A stretch of DNA of 64,000 nucleotides. Source: Myxococcota bacterium. GTDB taxonomy: Bacteria; Myxococcota_A; UBA796; UBA2385. The first letter of the stretch is position 1, and every line of letters begins with the position of its first letter. Under the pieces are notes generated by a model. It saw only the letters and a list, made by a program, of their open reading frames with translations. It ran no database searches and was not told where the DNA came from. The DNA lies in NCBI GenBank assembly GCA_044344255.1, contig JBIJDH010000009.1:1-64000 (forward strand), in the 5' to 3' direction. Position numbers and translations under genes: made by a program. Below, in pieces: positions 57,622 through 64,000 of this stretch.

Positions 57622-60600
57622 ATGTCCGCCGGGAAGCCTGATGGAAAGTCTGCTGGAGCCCGCACTACAAGTTCGGCCCAGAGCGCCGACGCTTCGGCGA
57701 CCCACCCCATCCCCCGGTGGCGCGAGCTGCCGCGGCCGGTCGAGCTCGAGGAGGAGGTCCTCCGCTTCTGGAAGGAGGAGCACATCTTCGAGAAGAGCCT
57801 CGAGGCCTCTCGCGGGCGGCCCAGCTTCGTCTTCTACGAGGGGCCCCCCACCGCCAACGGCACCCCGCACAACGGGCACGTCCTGACCCGGGTGATGAAG
57901 GACCTCTTCCCCCGCTACAAGTCGATGCGCGGCTTCCACGTCGAGCGCATGGCCGGCTGGGACACGCACGGCCTGCCCGTCGAGGTGGAGGTCGAGAAGG
58001 AGCTCGGGATGCGGGGCGGGGCCGGCACCGCCTACCGAAACGCCCGCGAGGCCGTGCTGGCTTACGGCCTGGACTCCTTCTCGCAGCGCTGCATTGAGTC
58101 GGTCTTCCGGTACACCCAAGAGTGGGAGACGCTCACCGATCGGATCGGCTTCTGGATCGATCTGAACGAAGCCTACGTCACTTACCACCGTGAGTACGTC
58201 GAGAGCGTGTGGTGGGCCTTGGCCGAGCTCCACAAGAAGGGGCTGCTCTACCAGGGCTACAAGGTGGTGTGGTGGTGGCCCGAGGGCGGCACCGCCCTCT
58301 CGAGCGGCGAGGTGGGTGACGGTTACCGGGACGTAGACGATCCCAGCGTCACCGTTCGTTTCCCCGTCGTCGGTGAGCCGGGGGTGAGCCTGCTCGCCTG
58401 GACCACCACGCCCTGGACGCTGCCCTCCAACGTCGCCTTGGCCGTCGGCCCCGACCTCGACTACGCCTACGTCCGCGTCGGTGAAGAGACGGTCATCGTC
58501 GCCCACGCGCTCAAGCCCGAGGGCGAGGTGCAGAAAGTGGTGAAGGGCGCGGAGCTGATCGGCCTCCGCTATGAGCCCCCCTACCGGATGGGCGATCCCG
58601 GCGGGAAGCACTGGCAGGTGGTGGGCGCCGACCATGTCCGCACCGACTCCGGCACCGGCATCGTCCACACCGCTCCCGCCTACGGCGAGGATGACTTCCA
58701 GCTCGCCAAGGCCGAGGGGCTCGGCCTCCTCGCCCTGGTCGGCCCCGATGGCCGCTTCGTCGAAGCCGCCCCCGAGTGGCTCCGCGGCGTCCACTTCAAG
58801 GCCGCCGACAAGCCGATCATGGCCGAGCTCAAGGGCCGCGGCCTGCTGTACTTCCAAGGCATGGTCCGACACTCGTACCCGTTCTCGCCGCGCTCCAGCG
58901 ATGACCCGCTGATGCAGTTCGCCCGCCCGGGCTGGTTCATCCGCACCAGCACCTCGAAGGAGCGGGCCCTCGAGAACAACGCGACGGTGAACTGGCTCCC
59001 CGAGCACATCCAGGACGGCCGCTTTGGCGACTTCCTGAGGAACAACGTAGACTGGGCGCTTTCGCGGGAGCGCTTCTGGGGCACCCCGCTCCCGGTCTGG
59101 GTCTGCCCGGCCTGCGGCGCCCAGGAGGCCTTTGACAGCGTCTCCGCCCTCGAGCGTCGCGGCGCCAGCGGATTCGATACGAACGTGGACCGGCACCTTC
59201 AGGTTCACAAGCCCTGGATTGACCGTGTGACGGTACCTTGCGCCGGCTGTGACGGCACGATGAGCCGTGTCACGGAGGTGATCGACTGTTGGTTTGACTC
59301 CGGCTGCATGCCCTTCGCGCAGTTCGGCTGGCCGCACCACAACCACGAGCGCTTCAAGGCGGCCTTCCCCGCCGACTTCATCAGCGAGGCCATCGACCAG
59401 ACCCGCGGCTGGTTCTACTCCCTGATGATGATCTCGACGCTGCTCTTCGACGACGAGACCTGCGAACGCTTTGGCCTCCCGGCCGCCGGATACCCGCGCC
59501 CCTTCAAGAACTGCATCGTGCTTGGTCACGTCTGCGACATGGAGGGCAAGAAGGAGTCGAAGTCCTCGGGCAATTACACGAGCCCCGACATCGTGCTCCG
59601 CGGCCGGATGAAGATGCGCGTCGTCGCCGACGCGTCCTTGCAGCGCGGGCAGGTCGGGATGGTCAAGGCCGCGGTGCGCAGCATCGACCTCTCCAAGGAC
59701 GAGCGGATGTCGCTCTGCCACGAGGAATTCGGCGCGCGCACGCTCCCCGTCTCGCTGGTCGCCGGCCCGTCCCGCGGCAAGGAGACCGTCGCGCTCCACC
59801 CGAGCGACATGGCGGAGCTCGGCATCACCACGCACTGCTGGCTGATCGCCCCCTTCGATCCGCCCGGGGCCGACGCCTTCCGCTGGCTGTTCTACGCGAG
59901 CAACCCGCCCTGGACGAACACCCGGATCTCGCTGCGCGGCATCCGCGAAGGCCAGAGGGAATTTCATCTCCGGCTGGCCAACGTCTTCCAGTTCTTCACG
60001 ATCTACGCCACGATCAGCCGCTTCGATCCCGAGAACGACACCGTCGCCCTCGACCAGAACGTGCTCGATCGCTGGGTGCTCGGCGAGCTCAACCAGCTCG
60101 TGTCCACGGTGTCCTTGGAGCTCGATCGATACCGCACCTACGAGGCCGCTCGTGCCATCGCCGGCTTCGTCGACGGCCTGTCGAACTGGTACGTTCGTCG
60201 TTCGCGCTCGCGGTTCTGGGGAGACGGGCCCGACACCCGCGCCGCCCTCTGGACGCTCCACGAGGTGCTCTCGACCCTCTCCCGCCTCATCGCGCCCTTC
60301 GTGCCCTTCATGGCCGAGGCGATGTACCAGCGCCTCGGGCTGCCCGCCGAGAGCGTCCACATGACCCAGTGGCCGAGCCTCCGCGGCGTCCCGCTGCCGG
60401 AGGGGGGCGAGGCCCTCGCCGCGGACATGGCGCTCATCCGTGAGCTCGCCAGCCTCGGCCTCGCCGCCCGCTCGAAGGTGGGGGTTCGGGTGCGCCAGCC
60501 GCTTCAGGCCGCCGAGATCATCCTCCCCGACCCCAACCGCGGGGAGCGCCTCCAGCCCCTGCTCGGCCTCCTCAAGGACGAGCTCAACGTTCGGTTCATC

Positions 60601-61158
60601 CACTTCACGCAGGAGGCTGACCGCTTCGTCACCTTCCGCTTGAAGCCAAACTTCCCGCGGCTGGGGAAGACGCTCGGCAAGGACATGAAGGCCTGCGCCG
60701 CCGCCCTGGCCGCCGCGGACCCCTCCCAGGTGCGCCAGGCCCTGCTGATCCACGGTGGCTGGGACGTCGTACTGCCGGGCGGCGTCGCCCGCCTCACGGG
60801 CGAAGACGTGGTGGTCGAGGTGCAGCCGCGGGAGGGCTTTGAGGCCGCCGGCTCGGCCACCGCCGTGGTGGTGCTCCACGCAGAGCTGGACGACGACCTC
60901 CGCGAGGAGGGACTCGCCCGCGAGGTGATGAACCGCATCCAGACCGGCCGCAAGGAGGCCGACCTCGGCTACACCGACCGCATCACCGTCGAGATCGCGG
61001 GCGGGGCGGCGCTCGTCGCGGCGGTTCAGCGTTTCAACACCTCCCTCGCAGAGGAGACGCTCTCGCTCGCCATCGTGTGTGTCGTGGACGAAGGCGCCGG
61101 CGACCGGGTCGACGAGCACCCCTTCGCCCTCTCCATCACCCGCGTCAGCCGGGCCTGA
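57622..61158 (+). CDS. ileS: Isoleucine-tRNA ligase (type 2-like)
   Basis: FYEGPPTANG, HNGH, GWDTHGLP, WTTTPWTLPSN, DWALSRERFWG, DQTRGWFY, GADAFRW, SNWYVRRSR. Confidence 0.97.
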   Translation: MSAGKPDGKSAGARTTSSAQSADASATHPIPRWRELPRPVELEEEVLRFWKEEHIFEKSLEASRGRPSFVFYEGPPTANGTPHNGHVLTRVMKDLFPRYKSMRGFHVERMAGWDTHGLPVEVEVEKELGMRGGAGTAYRNAREAVLAYGLDSFSQRCIESVFRYTQEWETLTDRIGFWIDLNEAYVTYHREYVESVWWALAELHKKGLLYQGYKVVWWWPEGGTALSSGEVGDGYRDVDDPSVTVRFPVVGEPGVSLLAWTTTPWTLPSNVALAVGPDLDYAYVRVGEETVIVAHALKPEGEVQKVVKGAELIGLRYEPPYRMGDPGGKHWQVVGADHVRTDSGTGIVHTAPAYGEDDFQLAKAEGLGLLALVGPDGRFVEAAPEWLRGVHFKAADKPIMAELKGRGLLYFQGMVRHSYPFSPRSSDDPLMQFARPGWFIRTSTSKERALENNATVNWLPEHIQDGRFGDFLRNNVDWALSRERFWGTPLPVWVCPACGAQEAFDSVSALERRGASGFDTNVDRHLQVHKPWIDRVTVPCAGCDGTMSRVTEVIDCWFDSGCMPFAQFGWPHHNHERFKAAFPADFISEAIDQTRGWFYSLMMISTLLFDDETCERFGLPAAGYPRPFKNCIVLGHVCDMEGKKESKSSGNYTSPDIVLRGRMKMRVVADASLQRGQVGMVKAAVRSIDLSKDERMSLCHEEFGARTLPVSLVAGPSRGKETVALHPSDMAELGITTHCWLIAPFDPPGADAFRWLFYASNPPWTNTRISLRGIREGQREFHLRLANVFQFFTIYATISRFDPENDTVALDQNVLDRWVLGELNQLVSTVSLELDRYRTYEAARAIAGFVDGLSNWYVRRSRSRFWGDGPDTRAALWTLHEVLSTLSRLIAPFVPFMAEAMYQRLGLPAESVHMTQWPSLRGVPLPEGGEALAADMALIRELASLGLAARSKVGVRVRQPLQAAEIILPDPNRGERLQPLLGLLKDELNVRFIHFTQEADRFVTFRLKPNFPRLGKTLGKDMKACAAALAAADPSQVRQALLIHGGWDVVLPGGVARLTGEDVVVEVQPREGFEAAGSATAVVVLHAELDDDLREEGLAREVMNRIQTGRKEADLGYTDRITVEIAGGAALVAAVQRFNTSLAEETLSLAIVCVVDEGAGDRVDEHPFALSITRVSRA

Positions 61159-61182
61159 GCGCGGCCCCACAGACGGACCTGG

Positions 61183-62067
61183 ATGATCGAGCAGAACCTC
61201 CCCCCCGACATCATCCGGGTGCTGTCCTTCCACGGGCCGGCCGACGTCGGCGTGGGAGAGGGGAGCCACAGGGCGGGGGCGCGAATCTCCATCGCGCCCT
61301 TCGAAGATAGGATCTACCTTCTATTTCGCGCAGGAAACCCGATTGAGGCGGCGCTCTTGCGGAGCAACCGGGTGGAGCTCCAGGCCAAGAAGCCGGACGG
61401 CAGCTATCTCTTGCGGATCAGCGGCCGAGGACACGCGGGCCGGCCCCTCGGAGGGCACCCCGATCGCGGCGCCATTGAGCCCTGGCTGCCGGAGGGGATG
61501 CGGACCCACGGGGTGATCGCCGCTCCCTTCACCCCGGAGGAGATCGACTTCTCCCGCGCCGAGGGCGACGACCGGGCCCGTTACTCGGGCCGGACCCCGG
61601 CCGGGAAGCGCCGCCCCTCCGCCAGTGCCGCCTGGCTGCGCGCCGCGTACGGTGGCTTCGCCGGTCTGCTCGTCGTGCCCTCCCTCGTGGTGCCCTGGCT
61701 GTGGCTCACGCTCCAAGGCGCGGAGTACTTCGCCCGCCTGCCCGCCTTCTTCATCACCACCTTCGCCGGCCTGGTCCTGCTCGGGGCCGCCCGCCTCAGC
61801 ACCTTGCCCTTCGCCTTTCGGCGGTGGCGGTCGTCGCGCGCCCGGGACACCGACGTCCCGGTGCTGCTGGAGGCGCTGCTCTCTCCGACGGAGGTGGGGC
61901 AGGTCGCGGCGGCGGGCGGTGTCTTGGCGGTACTGCTCTTGCTGCAGATCGCCTGGATCTGGGGCGGGGGCCTCCTGCTGATCGCGCTCTTCGCCAATGG
62001 GGCCTGGTTGGTGGGCCCGGCCTCCTGGGCGCACCTCACCATGGGCAAGCCCGAATCGACCTCCTGA
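61183..62067 (+). CDS. Hypothetical membrane protein (soluble N-terminal domain plus about 4 TM helices)
   Basis: Follows ileS by 24 nt; hydrophobic C-terminal half. Confidence 0.65.
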   Translation: MIEQNLPPDIIRVLSFHGPADVGVGEGSHRAGARISIAPFEDRIYLLFRAGNPIEAALLRSNRVELQAKKPDGSYLLRISGRGHAGRPLGGHPDRGAIEPWLPEGMRTHGVIAAPFTPEEIDFSRAEGDDRARYSGRTPAGKRRPSASAAWLRAAYGGFAGLLVVPSLVVPWLWLTLQGAEYFARLPAFFITTFAGLVLLGAARLSTLPFAFRRWRSSRARDTDVPVLLEALLSPTEVGQVAAAGGVLAVLLLLQIAWIWGGGLLLIALFANGAWLVGPASWAHLTMGKPESTS

Positions 62068-62108
62068 GCGCTCGTTGTCCCGCGACCTCACCTCTGCCCG
62101 GAGAAGCC

Positions 62109-63167
62109 GTGTCCATCGTCCTTAAGGGAAACAGCCCCTCCGCCCTGACCGCCGGGATCCTCCTCCTGTCCCGGGCGCGGAGCTTCGGTCAGCGCTTCTC
62201 GGTCGAGGTCCTCGGAGATCCCGATGACATCACCACGGTCGTCGGCCCGGCGATGGTCCACAGCCCCGTCCTCGCGAGCTGCGGCATCGGCCGAGAGCTC
62301 GGGAGCGGCGCGCTGGTGATCCTCCCCGGCCCCTCCTCGGAGGACCTCGCGGTCAGCCTCTCGCCGGACGGCACCGGTCCCTGGTTCTGGGTCGACCGCG
62401 CCGGGCAGGGCTGCCACCCAGCGACCCAGGCCTTCATGCGCTTCTGTCGAGCGCCTGCCACGCGAGACGCCGGCCGGGCCCTCCGCCGGGCGCTGACCAC
62501 CCTCGGCGTCGCCCCCGAGCCCTCCGTGCTCGACCTCCTCTTCGGCGCCCCGGCGACCCCGCTCCAGCGCCTCGCCCTCTCGATCCGCGCCGGGCGCGCC
62601 CTCGGAGTCCAACCGGAGAGCGGGGTGACCCGCTACCTCGGCCCGGCGCATGACGGCCTGCCGGACCCGCTGCCCTCTCCTTGCCGCCCCGACGACCTCC
62701 GGGCCGCCTTCGACGACGGCCGTCTGCGCGGCATGGTCGACCGCCTTGGCCTCGGCCTCCAAGACGGCGTGCAGGACTGGCTCGACAGCGTCCGCCCCTC
62801 CCTCGAGGAGCCCGAGAAGGCCGAGCTCCTCGTCGCCCTCGCCGAGATCGGGAGCCATGTCACGTCGCTGCCAGCCCACGCCATGCTTCCCCCCCTCGAC
62901 GCGGCGATGGACGCCGTGGCGGTGGGGCTCGGCCCCTCCCTCGGCGCCGCCGGGCCGGCCAGCGACGCGAACCGCGCCCTGGTCGACACCTTCCGCTTCC
63001 TCGGTGGCCGCTTCACCCAGACCCCGGTGGCCCACCCGTACGCCCTGGCCACGGAGCCGCCGCCCAAAGATCGGCTGGCGCGCTGGATGTGGTTCTGTCG
63101 GGCCACCCGAGAGGCCGCCGACACCGCCGATCGGCTCTGGCGTCAGGTGGTCGACCCGCCGCAATAG
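62109..63167 (+). CDS. Hypothetical protein; GTG start inferred
   Basis: Long ORF with strong GC3 bias, co-directional with ileS. Confidence 0.6.
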   Translation: MSIVLKGNSPSALTAGILLLSRARSFGQRFSVEVLGDPDDITTVVGPAMVHSPVLASCGIGRELGSGALVILPGPSSEDLAVSLSPDGTGPWFWVDRAGQGCHPATQAFMRFCRAPATRDAGRALRRALTTLGVAPEPSVLDLLFGAPATPLQRLALSIRAGRALGVQPESGVTRYLGPAHDGLPDPLPSPCRPDDLRAAFDDGRLRGMVDRLGLGLQDGVQDWLDSVRPSLEEPEKAELLVALAEIGSHVTSLPAHAMLPPLDAAMDAVAVGLGPSLGAAGPASDANRALVDTFRFLGGRFTQTPVAHPYALATEPPPKDRLARWMWFCRATREAADTADRLWRQVVDPPQ

Positions 63168-63271
63168 GGGCCGGCCTCCGGAGGGATGGCTCGGACGGCG
63201 CGCCTTGACAAATGAGCGGTCCGAAGCGATGACAGGAACGTCAGGAGTCCCCCACTCGCCCGGTGCCCCGT

Positions 63272-64000
63272 TTGGATGAGCCCCGCCAGGATGACCTCGA
63301 GAGGATGCCCGATGAGCTCGGGGAGGGCGGGGGTCCGCGTGGAGACGACCGCGGGCGCCGAGGTCCGCCGATGCTGCGCGGAGGGCGCACCCTCCCGCCC
63401 GACATCCTGTACCACGCGACCAGCGAGCGCCGCATCCAGAAGGTGGTCGCGGCTGGCGCCCTCGACGTGAAGGGTGGCCGAGCGGTCTTCCTCTCCCGCT
63501 TCGAGTGGCAGGCGTGGCAGGTGGCCCATCGGCAGGCCACGGACGCCGCCGTGCTCTTCATCGACGCCTCCCGAGCTCGACGCGACGGGGTGCGCTTCGA
63601 GCGCAACGCCCAAGGCCTCTGGCAGGCCACCAGCATCCCGATCCGACACGTCTTGAACCTCCGTGAGGGCTTCGCCGAGCAGGTCTCGGCCGGCGGCGTC
63701 CCGGTCTGGTTCGGCCCCGACGGCCCGGAGCTCGCCCTGATCCGAGTTCACCGTCGCTCCGGCACCACTTGGGAGGTCGCCAAGGGCAAGCTGGAGCTCG
63801 GCGAGACCCCTGCCCAAGCCGGCATGCGCGAGGTCTGCGAGGAGATGGGCTACCCGTTGGAGCTCACCGTGATGCGCGGCCTCGGCGCTGTGCGCTACGG
63901 CTTCACCACCCCGGACGGCGACCCTCGACTGAAGACCCTGCACATGTTCCTCTTCGAGACCCCGACCCGCGTGGAGACCTTCGCCCCAGCCGGCGGAGAG
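63272..64000 (+). CDS. Tpt1/KptA NAD-binding-lobe + NUDIX hydrolase fusion, 3' partial; start uncertain (63272/63305/63371)
   Basis: Manual translation: PPDILYHATS..VFLS..VLFIDASRARRDGVRF..GLWQATSIP then GKLELGETPAQAGMREVCEEMG Nudix box; no stop before window end. Confidence 0.8.
   Translation, partial: MDEPRQDDLERMPDELGEGGGPRGDDRGRRGPPMLRGGRTLPPDILYHATSERRIQKVVAAGALDVKGGRAVFLSRFEWQAWQVAHRQATDAAVLFIDASRARRDGVRFERNAQGLWQATSIPIRHVLNLREGFAEQVSAGGVPVWFGPDGPELALIRVHRRSGTTWEVAKGKLELGETPAQAGMREVCEEMGYPLELTVMRGLGAVRYGFTTPDGDPRLKTLHMFLFETPTRVETFAPAGGE

Noticed and set aside
57589..61269. 1226 aa minus-strand ORF
   Set aside because: Antisense shadow of ileS
1..64000. CRISPR array, transposase/integrase, prophage, tRNA or rRNA
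   Set aside because: No spaced direct repeats, recombinase or phage motifs, or tRNA/rRNA signatures recognised by eye

Overview
A 64 kb, very GC-rich, gene-dense chromosomal segment, most consistent with a Myxococcota-like bacterium (inferred from Hanks-type Ser/Thr kinases, an ECF/FecR module, FG-GAP and TPR proteins, and Haliangium-like shell proteins). Housekeeping genes recognised: rpmB, rbfA, truB, dedA-like, lptD-like, folC, accD, coaD, glmS, glpD-like and ileS. The main system is a compact 8-gene bacterial microcompartment (BMC) operon at 43307-48098. It encodes BMC-T(dp), BMC-H, three BMC-P, BMC-T(s), an acylating aldehyde dehydrogenase and a class II aldolase, resembling the functionally unresolved Haliangium ochraceum (HO)-type BMC but gathered in one locus. 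Other unusual items: a Tpt1/KptA NAD-lobe + NUDIX fusion missed by the ORF track (runs off the window end), an IleRS with KESKS and a ~85 aa insertion, apparent pseudoenzymes (signal peptidase, biotin carboxylase, rhodanese, histidine kinase ATP domain), an FHA-regulator/two-kinase cassette with TTDLP repeats, and a candidate 6S RNA. No transposase, integrase, CRISPR array, tRNA or rRNA was seen. All family assignments are by-eye motif recognition; no searches were run.
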